The notes: a model not told the origin generated them from the letters alone. A DNA stretch of 59,526 nt, filler included, from Sluysia triapertura (GCA_046118255.1; 4 parts of 4 records of this genome joined end to end with filler, not necessarily neighbours in it), one strand, 5' to 3'. Counted from the first letter of the whole stretch, positions 13,701 through 27,424 are shown. A program made the numbers and translations.

Positions 13701-14839
13701 TCAAATTTCAATTGAATTATTTAATCCCCAACATGTTAATATCACATGAAAATGATTCTAAATCCGTTGGAAGCACCCCGCTTATTAAAAATAATATAGA
13801 TTCTGTGTAATAACGAGTTCTGATGATGAAAATGCAAAGATGTTATTTCTTTATAGAAGCTTTGAATTAAAAAAGTTAATTTAACAAGTTAAAAAAGGAA
13901 CACAATTCAAGTGTTATTATAAAACTGGTAGTAGAGCCTTTTAATACGTTATTTTAACGAAATTTCTATATAAAAAGGAACTATATGCGTAGCTGTTGAA
14001 AATAAATATTTTGCTAATTTAATTATTAATATGTTTAAATATGAGCTTATAAAACCAAAGGCTAAAGTATGTAAAAAAATCTATTTCTTCAGTACTACTA
14101 ACTAAGGAAGATATAATAACCAACAAGCATTGTATTTTTCTGCACAAAATTATGTTTTCTTTTGGTGTTTTCTTTTAGTGCAAAATCTTTCTTTGAACCG
14201 TTACTTTGTCTTTTTCTGATAACTTTGTTATTGATTCTTCATATATTTTGCCGTAACTGCTAAAAGATATATTATGATTTCAAAATTTGTGCTATTTTCT
14301 AATCATTCCTTCGAATACTTTGTGTTACATCCGTCAAGATTGTTCTAAATCTTACATAACGAATTTTGTTGGTATCACGTGCATTGACTTATTGCATTCA
14401 GCTAATTGGGAACGAATTAAGACGTTTGTTGCTTAGTGACAAGTTAAGTCATTATAAAGTCAGGCATAATTCGAATACGAACAATATGTATTAAAATTAT
14501 AGTACAAATAAAATGTACTAAACAATTAAATTATAAATTCAGATAAATGTGATTTCAGTGTATTAAATATAACATGTAGAGCTCTATACTATATAAGAGA
14601 GCATGTATGCATATAAGGTTTGAAATCAAAATTAATTTTTGCATAATATAAGCTGAAACAAGGATTTTCATTCGTCTGTAAAACTACTGTAATAACAATA
14701 GTAATATAATAATAATTATAATTAAAATTAAAATTATAATTATAATTATAATGCAATTACAATTTTTTAACCAATAATGCATGGGTAAGCTCCATAATGT
14801 TACAACATCTAAAATAGACCTAGGTAATTCAATACGTAA

Positions 14840-14939
14840 NNNNNNNNNNNNNNNNNNNNNNNNNNNNNNNNNNNNNNNNNNNNTTAATTAATTAANNNNN
14901 NNNNNNNNNNNNNNNNNNNNNNNNNNNNNNNNNNNNNNN
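14840..14939. other. Artificial scaffold-joining spacer (44 N + TTAATTAATTAA + 44 N)
   Basis: 100-bp spacer with a six-frame-stop linker, identical at three sites. Confidence 0.97.
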
Positions 14940-15153
14940 TATATATATATATAGAAAAGTTACGAGTGATCGATGTTGACGGTTTTATTTATGTCCAACC
15001 GGTCACCTAACTTTACAAAATATTGTTAATATCTTACATATTGTTTACCATGTACATAAATTAGGATCATAACGTAGTACTTTAAATAATTAATTAACTA
15101 ACCAGCCTTAAAATATTATTATTTTATAATATTTTTATTTTCTTTTCCAGTTA

Positions 15154-15503
15154 ATGTATTTTTATCTATGCTCAATTTGTCAACGCTCCATTCATAAACA
15201 CTTCATAAAAACATATCCTTGCATTCATAAATTTCATTTCAAATGTATTATTAATCTATTTCACTATACTATCACAAAATATATGAACTGTCCTTTGTGC
15301 AGAACACCAGTAAAGGAAATTGATACTTTAATAAAGGAAAACAGCAATTTACATATACGTTAGAAAAGATTTCACAATATCTTCATGATCAACTTATAGA
15401 AGTTCAAGAGGTAGTAATTAATCACCCAGAGCATTTTAAGAAAAATAACAAACATTCATTAGTGATACCGCTTCCTAATTTTCCTTCTGGGTTGTCAATG
15501 TGA
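15154..15503 (+). CDS. RING-H2 zinc-finger protein exon or gene, possibly frameshifted or a pseudogene
   Basis: CSIC...CIHKFHFKC...CPLCR RING-H2 motif. Strong acceptor ttttcttttccag ends at 15150. TAG at 15361, but the -1 frame stays open for 47 more codons to TGA at 15501-15503. Confidence 0.65.
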
Positions 15504-17211
15504 CTAATTTATCAGTGTGTGTCTGATTTATCAATGTGTAAACACTTTATTAATATTGTGTGTTTGTTAATATTGTTGACAATGTGACTAATTTATAGAC
15601 ACTTTATTAATATTACATGTGATTTGGATTAATCAATTTTTTAATTTTATTGGAATTACAAAATATTGTAAAGGATTAATTTTATAATGTAAGAATTTTT
15701 TATTTATTTTCAATAAATTTTTATTAACTTATTAAAATTTTATTAAAACTGTATTAATTTATTTTTAAGAAAATTAACGTCACTAATTTAATTGTTAAAA
15801 TTTTGTTTAAGTATTTTAATTTAATATTTTTGTTTTAGTCTGAAAAAAAATCATAGTACAAGAAACTTTCAGTTACGTTCGGTGGTTATAAAGAAGACTG
15901 ACAATTTTTCTGATAAAGTGACGTTAGTTTAATATTGTTAAGGTAGATATCATTAGTAAAATCAACTTAAACTTTATTAATAACACTTTAGATCATATAA
16001 TGATCTTAGGTAAAATCCTTTTATAAAATATATTTGACTATAACTAACTAGAAAGTAGTTAGTCTACGTAAATTTTATTATTATTATTATTATTATTATC
16101 AATAATATTTGTTTATTGTATAATCTGTTGCGAAATAAAATATTTTTACTTTATAATTTTTCATTCCTAACTTACATAGTTTTAAAATCTATTAAAGTTA
16201 TACCTTTTAATAGTTTTCAAAAAACTAGAATTTAATTCTAGTAAGTAAAATCTTATTTACGATTCCGTATAAAGGAATCTTACGTAACATCTGCAACTAA
16301 ATTTGATTTATTTAAATTTTTTGAATTTTCAATTTAAATTAGAAGTTTTTAACGTAGCATTACCTCCAGACAGCAGAACCTTTTTAGCACATTCTTCTAA
16401 ATTTATCTTATAAAAATCCAACGGCTGGCCCTATCAGGTAAGTCCAGTACGTTGGTGAACTCACATATCTAACTCGTTTTATTCTATTAGCATACTTTTC
16501 TTACACACTTAACTTAATCTAAACACGTATTTTTAATGTCGTAAATACTCGTCTCCGTTGTTCGAGATGGATGTGATTAATAATTTATTCTTCGAAATAT
16601 TATTTATTTAAATTTCTGTCTTTATACTTTAAAATTTTACTTTAGATTATAAAGACTCTCCTAGGTTACTTTATTTTATAATACTTATTGTTTCATTTAC
16701 CCTTAACACATTTAAGCAACTCTACTTTCAACCCTTCAAAAAACAACAAATAAAATTAAAAACCACAGTAAATTTCATTTACAAAGTTTACAAATACAAG
16801 AATAACAATAAGTATAGAGCTTAATATTAGTATTTTTATTTTTTATTAGCAAAATTTAATTTTCTTTATCACTTACAACTTGGGTTATCAATCTAATGTA
16901 AATAAATAGTTCAAGAATCGCCAGTTGAGATTTTCTGTGTTCAGAAGTCAAATGGTTAACCAATAATAAATTCAACAATACATTGTTCAAAATGAAATTG
17001 TTAACCAACATTGACTTAATATACCAACTAAAGACTTTTACAAAATTTTATATACAGTGTGGTTTTGCAGAATAATATTAAATTATAAAAGTAGATAACT
17101 TTCAGTCTGAATATAATACAATAGATTTTATTCAAAATTATACAATATAATTTATTGATATAATTATACACAATTATTAAATTTATTTCCACTATAGTTT
17201 TTGTCTGAAAT

Positions 17212-17688
17212 TATTGGTGCATAAATTCGTGCGATTTTATTTGTTGCAAAGAAAACACACCAACTTCTGTTTTAACTTATTCGAGTTATATTCAATCAGC
17301 AGAATTATCTATTTAAATCATTGTAGACTAACTTTCACTTTCACTACCCTCATTAAAATAGAGTGTGTCAGGTTGATAAAGATGAACATCTCCGGCATCC
17401 ACAGATTTTCATATTTTCCGCTCCAATGACAAACCATCTTTCTGGTCTCACATTTGAAAACGAAGAAACAATAACGACGTGATGGATTGAAGAATCATCA
17501 AAATTCTTCTAACGCAGGATTGACAAACTGCCAAAACGTTGGAATTAAGTGTGATCGATCGTTTTTTCTATTGATTTAATAAATTCTTTATTTTGTTATC
17601 TGGAATTTCTTGCATGGTTTTTATTCTTGATCAATATTCATTTTTCATAATTATAAAAAACCGCACGAAGTTATGCACCCACCCAATA
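17212..17688 (+). mobile_element. Internally deleted mariner element with TIRs and TA target duplication
   Basis: TA-TTGGTGCATAAATTCGTGCGATTTT ... AAAACCGCACGAAGTTATGCACCCACCCAA-TA. Internal remnants STDFHIFRS, NHLSGLTFENEE and IDKLPKRWN match the mariner C-terminus. Confidence 0.9.
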
Positions 17689-17964
17689 TATCAATGATTA
17701 TTTATTTGTAATATCAATAATCATTTATGCAATATAATTATACATAATATAAACTGGAACTTTTTAGTCTGAATTAGTGATTATTAAAATGTGATTTCTT
17801 ACTATTTCAACTTTAATCACAATTTAAAATGATTTTAATCGATCACAATGCTTTTAAATTTAATATCATATTACTTCCATCTATTCCATCTAATCTTTAA
17901 TATTTAAATTGATTTTGATCGAATTTAATATTATTTTATTTATTTAATTAGTAAGGTTTATTGT

Positions 17965-18125
17965 CTCTATACAATCTCAATTTAAAATAATTATTCTGTA
18001 CAATTTCAATTTAAAATGATTGTTATTTGTTACTAAATTTTGATTTTATGTTAGCTCTATATAATCTCAGTTTAAAATAGTTACTCTATAGAAACATTAT
18101 GATCTCAATAGTTAAAATGATTTTA
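17965..18125. repeat. Degenerate ~28-bp tandem repeat (ctctatacaatctcaatttaaaat-like)
   Basis: Several imperfect units visible. Confidence 0.55.
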
Positions 18126-18209
18126 AAACGATTATGATTAAAATGAGCATTACATTTAAATACTTTATTTTCAACAATAATAATAACAATAACAATATGT
18201 GAAAAGAAC

Positions 18210-19443
18210 TAGACAAACTATACTAATGTATAAAGAAGTCAAAAACCGTCGAGAAATTTCAGATCTTATTTATTCATTTAATTTTGTTTCTGCCAAAGAA
18301 ATAATATTTCTTAATCAACAATTTAGATATCAACCTACTATTTTCCGAAAGTTTAGTAGACACAGATTGGTTTAGATCAGCAATTTTGGACAATCATAGA
18401 AGATATAACTCTCAAAGATATCTGGGATTTCCTGCACGATGATAGTAATCCAATTACAAATATTGTTTACAGTACAATCTGTATTTGGCACGTCATTCAT
18501 AAATCAACATTAAATTGTTATGTTGAATCCTTATAACCTGATATGAAAATTTTGAATTGTCTTTATCCTAAAAATTCACTGCCAATATATCGTGTAATGT
18601 TTGAAACTTTTGGTAAATTACTAAAATCAACTAAGAATGTGCATTTTAAACTGATTACAGCATCACTTTTAATAAATTATCACTTTTGATAATTCAGATG
18701 TGTTAAAATTATCTGGCTTAGATATAGTACCAAATAATTTAATTCACCTCAACGTAGATGTGAGTAAAATCTATGTTAGACCATTTGAAGACCTTAGTGA
18801 TGATGAGTATAGTTTATCTCTAAGTACACAGATTCTTGTCAACACTATGGCAGATGTAAATGATTATATTTCGGAATTTAAGTCTGTATCACAGAATTAT
18901 GATACATCAGAGAGTAAAGTGAATAACGAGAATCTTTCTCACAGTCCTTACTATAAATTATGCGAAAATAACACGCAATTAGAAAGTAATTCTCCTAGTG
19001 AATTGTGCCTTTATCATAATACAATTAAAAGTGTACCAACTTCTAATCGGCGTGTCGGAATGGCATTATGTCCATATGGAAGCGACTTTAATGGTACTTA
19101 TGCAAGATCTTCAAGCAGTTGTCCACATTCATATTTACATCATGCTAACTTGGATCATCTATCCAGACTCACAGATTTAATGCTATCGCTTAACATTCCT
19201 ATCCAACCGAACAATATCAACTTTTGTGACAATTCAAACGTAAATTTTATTTATTTTTATTATAATGATAATTTAACTATTGATTTTGGTTTAGGTAAGG
19301 AAATAAGGACGACTGACAACAAAGAAGACATTAGTTATACATGTTATATTGATAATTTAGTGATTTTTATGTTCAAAACTTTTAATTTTTTTAGATTTCA
19401 CATCATTAAATCAAAATTTGTTAATAAAGTATATACATTTTGA
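18210..19443 (+). pseudogene. Unclassified intronless gene-like fossil: 247-codon open frame (18700-19443) preceded by disrupted frames
   Basis: An ORF this long is unlikely by chance at this AT content. Upstream fragments (WTIIEDITLKDIWDFLHDD..., IITFDNSDVLKLSG) run into it across stops and frameshifts. No family recognised. Confidence 0.5.
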
Positions 19444-21587
19444 AGTTAAAGTAAATGTTTTTAAAGCCACAATTAAAAAATACATTATAAAATTTTTGTT
19501 GAATATAATAATTTTAAATACCATAAAAATCGCACAACAACAGACTAAATAAAAAACGAGAGTTTAAGTAAAAATTTAAATAAAACTTATAAGAATAAAT
19601 TGTTGATTAAACACTTCTATCCAGAACAACTGAGACGAGTATAGGATTCACGACATTAAAAGTAAATATTTAAATTAAACATTTAAACAAGTTAAGCGAA
19701 TTAATCGTGACACAAATTTACCATATTATATACATATAAACCACGTTTACCTAATTTTCACATTATAATGAAATTATTAACTGATAACCTTTATAACGAT
19801 TAATAAAAATGTGTTCTTAAGCTCGAAAATAAGTATTACGAAAGTTACAATTGTTGAAAATAAATTCTCGCACGATTCACATACACTTACAAAAAAATTC
19901 TACGTATTAAAACGAAAATCTTACTTTAAGATATATCAAAAGTATTTTCTAGGAATAAAAAACACTCATTTACTTCATAATTTACGGTGATATTAACTTT
20001 TTTGCGAAAACATAGGCTGGATTCTTTCAATTTCAATAAAACCACACAATTTCTCTACAATATGTTTACTAGAATTATCTAGAGAAGTAAATGACTATAG
20101 AAAAATTATTATAGACTAAACTATTGGCTAAAGTATAATAGCAGAAAAAATTGCTACATCAGACAATTTTACTGTAAAAGCACACAACAAATAAGCATTA
20201 TTTCAATTGTTTGAAGAACACTTAATAGCATCGAATAAAATCCGGGGTAATCATGTTACACCAGTTCACACATATTCATATCACCTTGTATTTTTTTGAT
20301 ACATCAAATAACATTAGTTTACATCTTTCCTACTTTAAAAAGAACATCATTATCATCTTATTTTATTAGTAATTCATAAAGGTACCTTATTACAAGATCA
20401 CTATCCTTGACACAAACAATACGAATAAGAATCAACTTCATGCCAACCAGATTATAAATCAAAACTTAATTGTTCAAACATAATGTAAAACAACTACATC
20501 TTTGGGAATACTTTACAATTTCTCATTATGTACCAAAGTACGTTACAAATCAAATCTTTTTCAGGCTATTGATGTTTTTCACTTACTACGCATAGTTTAT
20601 ACGATCTAGCCATGGCTTCTTCATCTCATTCGGACATCAATAAACGTTATCAATCCATTTCGATTGATGTCTATTTACGAATGTATTACCAATTTTAATA
20701 TAACAGTCTTAATGTTTTATAAATTAAAAGACTTATTTATTTATGCAGTAATACCATCAAGTCGTCATCTTAATCATCATTGGCATAATTAATCATCATC
20801 ATCATCATCATTCTTCACTATCTAAATCACTTCTGTGTCATCAATAACAATAGCACTTTATTGTGTTAAATGTTTAGTATATTCAGATCTTGTAAAAATA
20901 AAGTGATTGTTCAACTATTATTGCCAAACACTTTTCATTTTGAATATCAAATGTATAGTCAGAAAACTCATCAAGAAATTAAAATATTTTTTCATTTTAA
21001 AAATGAATTTGTTCGCGTTATGAGAATTTAACTTATTTTATAAATTGAGCATCAATCAAGTTTTGATCTATGTTATCTTAGTTTATTAGATATAATGTCA
21101 ATTATCCAGGTTCTGCAGAGTAACTGATATTGTTGCAAGTTATACTTGAAGAACCTTTATTTCATCTATAAAACTTGGTAATTTTGTTTAAAGTTTAAAT
21201 TTCAGGTGCCTCGCTATGATCGAATCATTGGTTCACATTAATTTAAAATTCGAAATAGCTTTAAAGCACAATATAAATAGAATATAATAAATATAATAAA
21301 TGGAATAAAATCTCTCTAAAAATCTCTATTATTATTATTGTTGTTGTTGTTATATTATGTAAATTCAAAGTTCAATACATTTAACAAGCTATTTATTTAT
21401 TAGTTATTATTCATTATTCTTTATATTGGACTTGATTTATTATTATTGTGATTTTGTATTATTACTATTACTATTATTATTATCGTTATTATTATTATAT
21501 AAATTCAAATTTCAATACATTTAACAAGCTACTCAACCGATTTAGGTATTAATCATATTAAAAAATATCGTTCATACAGGTCACGAA

Positions 21588-21986
21588 ATGGAACAGATCA
21601 AATTATACTCAGAGGGTCTAGTTTTGGAGCTACCTGGCAAAGAATTCTGTGGAACCCAGTTATATGAAACGGTACATGTGGTAAAAATTTTTGTTTGTGA
21701 CTCATATTCATCATCATCCATTTATTGTTTAGAACTTTTTAATCTTACTGAAATTGCGATCTTCTATGTTTTAAAATCCTTTTTCGAATATACTAATAAG
21801 AATTGTTTTTACTTTCAATTTTTTGTTAAAGAAATTAAGACGAATTATTTTAATGTTTATACAGACCTTAAGTCTGATTTTACTAGTAGCAATATTATAA
21901 TCTCTAATTTTAAATCCTTAAAATGTAATTTTAAATTAAACGCATGTGTATCCCGGCCATTACAGTTTATTTATAACGAGTTATAA
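21588..21986 (+). CDS. Orphan 132-aa ORF of unknown function
   Basis: ATG-to-TAA open frame preceded by the acceptor-like ttcatacag (ends 21579). A ~36-bp direct repeat pair lies upstream (~21356-21391 and ~21496-21531). Confidence 0.35.
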   Translation: MEQIKLYSEGLVLELPGKEFCGTQLYETVHVVKIFVCDSYSSSSIYCLELFNLTEIAIFYVLKSFFEYTNKNCFYFQFFVKEIKTNYFNVYTDLKSDFTSSNIIISNFKSLKCNFKLNACVSRPLQFIYNEL

Positions 21987-22287
21987 AAATCTATAACGGA
22001 GATTACTAAACAAAAAAGCATTGCAAAAATAAATAACCAAATACGAAAAGCGTAAAAAGTATGGACCAAATCAGAAAAAAATTAAAATGAGATAAAACAT
22101 TTATTAATATTTAGGAAATTGAAGTAACTGGCAAAATATACAAGGCCACTTTAGCACGTTATATGCTACGCTAATTGTACATGTCTTGCCCATCTGGCCA
22201 AAATGAATTTCTCAGTATGCGTTGCATATTTTGATGAAATATTATTTACAAAAGAGAAATTAATTTTTGTAAACATTCGTGACGCTT

Positions 22288-22424
22288 TTAATTCACTGAG
22301 GTGATAGGTGACCCCCGCGGCGCTGAAAGGCAGTGTTATTTTATTTTAAGATTGGCTTCGCCGGCCGCGCTATGAACAAACTCAGTGCTGGTCACCGGTG
22401 ACCCCATGGTATTCAACGTGTTAA
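22288..22424. mobile_element. Short TTAA-flanked GC-rich MITE-like element (piggyBac-type)
   Basis: TTAA at both ends, palindromic GGTCACCGGTGACC(CC) near the right end and a degenerate copy near the left. TIR match is weak. Confidence 0.45.
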
Positions 22425-22751
22425 AATGCATTGTCAAAAAAATCAACAATAATTACGAGTATATTTTACGCACATACCTAACAAAAATGCAACTCTTATT
22501 TCACAAAGATATTCAATTATTTGTCATTGATACACACGTCTGGTTTCTCGTAAACACCCTATTGTATTTTATGCATACATAATTCATGAGCTAGAAACTG
22601 AAACAGTGTTATAAATTGAATATGCAATATTAATTTATTAGACTGAAAAAACAATAAATTTGTCTCACTAAATAATAAATTAATTAAACTCATTATTTGT
22701 AAATAAATAAATAAATAAATAATTTAATAAACCTAAATTAGATTATGTTTC

Positions 22752-23076
22752 ATTTTAACTAGGACTGTTTCCTGCACAGGTTTTTGATTTAGGACAACCT
22801 GATTTTATCTTATGAACATGATCAATAAAAAAATGACAGTATAATGGTTGTTCGTAGGTGTTTCATTATACACTATATAATATACATATACAGTATAATG
22901 TATACATCTGGTTCAACCTTTATTTTATTAAAAATCCATCGAAATTCATAACGTTACGTTATAATTTCATTCTTGTTTTTATTGTATTATATTTAACTGA
23001 ATAATATACATTATTGTGGCTGTTCCCGGTGCACTGGTGCAGGAAAATCCTTCAAAATCCCAGCCCTAATTTAAAC
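22752..23076. mobile_element. hAT-type MITE
   Basis: Termini TAGGACTG (22760) and CAGCCCTA (23068). Flanks ATTTTAAC and ATTTAAAC match at 7 of 8 bp (TSD). Inverted subterminal tttcctgcac / gtgcaggaaa. Confidence 0.7.
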
Positions 23077-23388
23077 TGAATATGTTTTCTCGACAACAAT
23101 TCAATATAATGCCATCAAATGCCATTAACAAATTAATATGCAAAAGGTTTACAAAATAATTTCTGGACTAATTAAAGAAATATTTAAAACAAATATTATT
23201 TAACTAGAAAATAAAAATAAAAGCTCAATGAAGATAATTCATATTTTAATAGTAATAATGTTGCTTTAATTTATAATATAATTAGTTATAATATAATTAT
23301 AATCCAATTAGTCTTTCTAAATTGCAGATATTAGTTCAAATTGCAAATTTTGAGTTAATATAATTTACCGTTTCAATTCATTAAGATC

Positions 23389-23660
23389 TTGGGATTCAGG
23401 CCTACAATAATCTAAAATTGTTAGAGGGGCCCAGGTTCGATGCCTGATCAGTCCGCATATCGAATACTCTTCTGATGTTGAATTAAATGATTTATAAGAT
23501 ATTTGAGGTCAAACATAATTGAATTGGGTGAGATATGTTGGGATACAGGCCTAAAATGCCATTTAGTATAATAATTGACTAATCTAAACTTATTAGACTG
23601 GGCTGACAGAGTATCGAACTGCGCAGCGAGGGGGCTCGAGTTCGATTCCCGGTCAGACTA
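23389..23660 (+). mobile_element. Two tandem copies of a short SINE-like repeat with a Pol III B-box
   Basis: ttgggat.caggccta... followed by GGTTCGATGCC and AGTTCGATTCCC. A third copy is on the minus strand at 47413-47525. Confidence 0.6.
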
Positions 23661-24499
23661 ACAAAGATATATTTTTCAAAATACGAAAATATTCTTAAAA
23701 TATGTTTTGTTTTAATTTATGTAGATATTGTACTTAATAAATTGTCTTATTTTTTGAGATGTGAATAATTCTTAATTCATCTCATCGAACATATGCTGAC
23801 AATATATCTGCACAACCCGACAAGACGCAGCCGAAACTGTTAGTAATGTTGTAATAGTTTTTAGAATACATTAACGATTCTTGCAATCAATCTTAGTAAT
23901 AATGGTCTTATGATTTGCACATCGAAAAGTCGGATTCAATAAATATTCTTCTGTTGATTTAACGAAATGTCGCACAGTTATTAAATTAACATACATTTCA
24001 ACAAGTGCAGTAAAGTTTATTTATAGATAATTTTATGAACTTCGAAGAATGAGTAATATCAACCATTTGAACTTTTATGTTATAGTTTGCCCGATAACAA
24101 TAGGATAATAAAATACATAATAATAAATAGAATAGTAATATAATAAAGAAAGAATAATAAAACCTATAAAGAATATACGAGTGCAGATATCGGAGAAACA
24201 AAGAGAAACAGAAATAAAAAATTAATCTATTTTTTAAGATTAAATATGATAAATTTATAATAGTTATTAAATCAATACCGCACCTAAAAGAAATACTCAA
24301 TTTCTAAAAATATCACGGTATTTGAATATTCTTAATTTTAACGTTACGCATCATTTATAAGTGATACTTATATTACTCTTCCGAAATAATACTACTAAAT
24401 GAAACTTGATTTAACATAAAACCTTAATTCTTCAAATGCAACAATTTCTGCTGAATCGTTCAAATTCTAAGAATATCATTTATCATAATAAATAAATTA

Positions 24500-24554
<55 letters not shown>

Positions 24555-25135
24555 GAATATACTATTTAATACTCTAAAATCCTATGTAAGCCGCGGCTTA
24601 TCTAAGAAAAAATCTTTACTGCGACTTAAACAGCACAAGAAAAAGTGAAAAGTGAAGTTTAACATATTTTTTAAATAAAGATTTAATAGGGGGTGACCTT
24701 TATAAAGTTAAAAAGAATCATAATTAAACGGACACATTTATAAATGATGCTAAAAAATTCAAATATTCAGTGTACATTACATTGCATTTAAATTTTCAAA
24801 CATAAATAATCATTCAATTAGAGAGTATTCAGATTCAAATATTACATTATATTCCTATTGCTGTTGCATTCAAACATTCGATATTATTACATTAGAATAA
24901 TTACATTCGATTATAGTTTAACATTTTGATTTTTCAAACATTCGAGCACAAATTTAAGAGTATTATATCTTCTTTAAATCATTTATTATTTGAATAACAC
25001 TTCGATTATTATAAACAAACATTTCATTAGAGCATAACAAAGCATCACATTTTTTAATTTATTTTTAAATATTTTAATTAAAGTATTGAATATTACTTTG
25101 AGTATTATATATCGTGGTTATTTATCAGAAGGAAT

Positions 25136-25213
25136 ATTTATCTACTTGATTTATCTACTTGATTTATCTACTTGATTTATCTACTTGATTTATCTACTTG
25201 ATTTATCTACTTG
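25136..25213 (+). repeat. 13-bp minisatellite x6 (atttatctacttg)
   Basis: Six perfect adjacent units. Confidence 0.95.
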
Positions 25214-27243
25214 ATAATCGAGTTCCATTAAATTGATTATATAATTAAAAATTTATTCATAATATAATAAACATGAAGCATGGTTATATATTTGTACCAA
25301 AGAGAACGAAGGTACAGTGAGCTTTGTAACTAAAAAGAATTTTTGAAATTCCAAATGAAACTTTTTATATTTAAAATTCAGTCTTAAAAAATACTACAAA
25401 ACCTTTTGAGAATCCTCACAGGATTATACCATTTTACGTGCAGATTCTTAAGGCTTATAACACAAAACATCCTCATCCTCGATCGCCTTTGCAACGAAAT
25501 TCGTCTCAGAAACAAACACGCTCTATATAACATATCAGAATAAATCAAATACTTAAAAGAAAAACGTTCATACACGTCTTACGAAACTCCCTTGTTCTTC
25601 TACGAATGAATAATTTTAATATTATTCTATTTTATTATTATTATCATTTTTACAATAATGATAATAACTATAATAATCATAAAGATGATACAAAATATGT
25701 TTCCGTAATAAAGTTATTAATAAAAATAATTATTATACATCCAATGAAACTGAAAATTAGGTTACATTTTTAGTAATGAAAAATATTGTGTAATACTATT
25801 TCAAACTTGTATTTGTATTTATCTTTAGAACGAAAGCCCCCTGGAAACTTCCGACGTTAATCACAAAATTAAATTTAAATCTAAAATGTTTGTGCCTCAT
25901 TTTAAATGTCCCAAACACAAAACCAAACAAAACTAAATTTCTTGTATCTTTGTCTTGAATTTTTTAGAACGCCATTATCTAGTGAACAAAGCTAGATAAA
26001 ATATGATTATTTGACAAGTCTATTGAACTTATGAAGAAACTGCGAAATAATAATTCGAATGTTATATACTTATTGCGTGATTTACGAATAAGTGTCCAAA
26101 TTTTTATCAACTTATAAAAATATTTTTATGCAGATTCTGTCCAAATTAAGAATGATGACTCATCGAAAAAAATTTTTCAATACGTATTTAATTGCGGCGC
26201 GCGAAAAACTTCAAATTTTGAAAAATGGTTCGGACTATCAAGGAGCTTGGCCAACCCTGGAAAATATAGTACTCGGCTAAAAAATATTGCTACGTGTGGT
26301 GTCACATTACATATAAACTATTTCTTTTTTGTTTTGATTTTTGCGGGGACAATACGCTCTTTAAAGAGTTAACTGAAAGTATAAATGATAAGTTAAGAAT
26401 ACTTTTGAAGATTTAGAGTTAGAATAACACGTATTTATTTAGACTTTCTCTTTAATATGGCCAATAGTTACACACATGTTTACTATTGAATTTTTATACT
26501 ATTTCTCACTGAATCGTTGCTGCCCTGAAATTCGACACGATACCAAATACAATTTAGGTACACAATATTATGTTTAAAAAATATTATTTGTTGCTTATAT
26601 TTGTCTAATTCTTATAACTTCAGATCCCTAAAGTTTTATCACTGGCGCCTTTTTATTAAAGTTAAAAGTTTATTGATTGTATGCAAATCTCTTCAGCGTT
26701 TTTGTACTTTGTTGTTGTTAATTTTAAACTCTGTTAAGCTAGATTAATTTTAGTTTACTTGTCGCTTGATTTAATATACTTGTGCTGAAGGTTTCGAGTC
26801 TTTGCTCGTCCCTGGTGTTCGAAATGGAAGTGCGATTAATGTGTATTCAAAGATCACATTTTTTCTTCTCCCAATATTTCACAAAAATAACTCGACTAAA
26901 AAATACAAATTTATTAACTCAATTAAATAGAATAGTCAAAGTACCACACGTAATATTATATTAAATTTTTTTGCATAGTAATAGTGATCAGTACCTGTCT
27001 TTTATCAATACTTGACGTTAATGTTTGCTTCAATTGATTTTGTTTCACTGTTTCAATAATTTGTTAATCCAATTCAATCAATACATTACATATAGTATTT
27101 TTAATACGGTCTTCGTTAAATTAATTTACTTCAATGTATTTTTTAATTTATTGATAGTAATAAATTTTATTGCTTGAATTTATTTATTAACTGTACGAAT
27201 TTTTTGAAATATATAGTTATTAATTTATCAACAACATATGTTA

Positions 27244-27424
27244 TTAATCCCTTGCGTTCCGCTGTCGGAGCAGCTCTAACATTGCAATTTTCACGTTTCC
27301 CGAAAATGGTCCCAGAAGAAAATGTTTACATTTCTTATTTTTATTTTTGTTTAATTGCGAAAATTTTGTTTTTGTAGACTTGTAGAGGATTCAATGGAAT
27401 TAAAGTAGGACCGCAAAGGGTTAA
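27244..27424. mobile_element. piggyBac-type MITE
   Basis: TTAA-TCCCTTGCGTTCC ... GGACCGCAAAGGG-TTAA (13-bp TIR, 3 mismatches). A related terminus is at 43319-43355. Confidence 0.8.

Noticed and set aside
14150-14500. YqaJ-like recombinase relic (YGKIYEE on the minus strand)
   Set aside because: Only one short motif, with no supporting catalytic residues.
23590-23660. Functional tRNA gene
   Set aside because: Only the T-arm/B-box is present, with no convincing cloverleaf. It belongs to a dispersed repeat.
23805-23855. Degenerate hammerhead ribozyme (acaac-ccgacaa-gacgcagcc-gaaac...gta..gttgt)
   Set aside because: The CUGANGA core has two mismatches, stem II is mismatched and the stem I register is off. 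I found no intact hammerhead core elsewhere.
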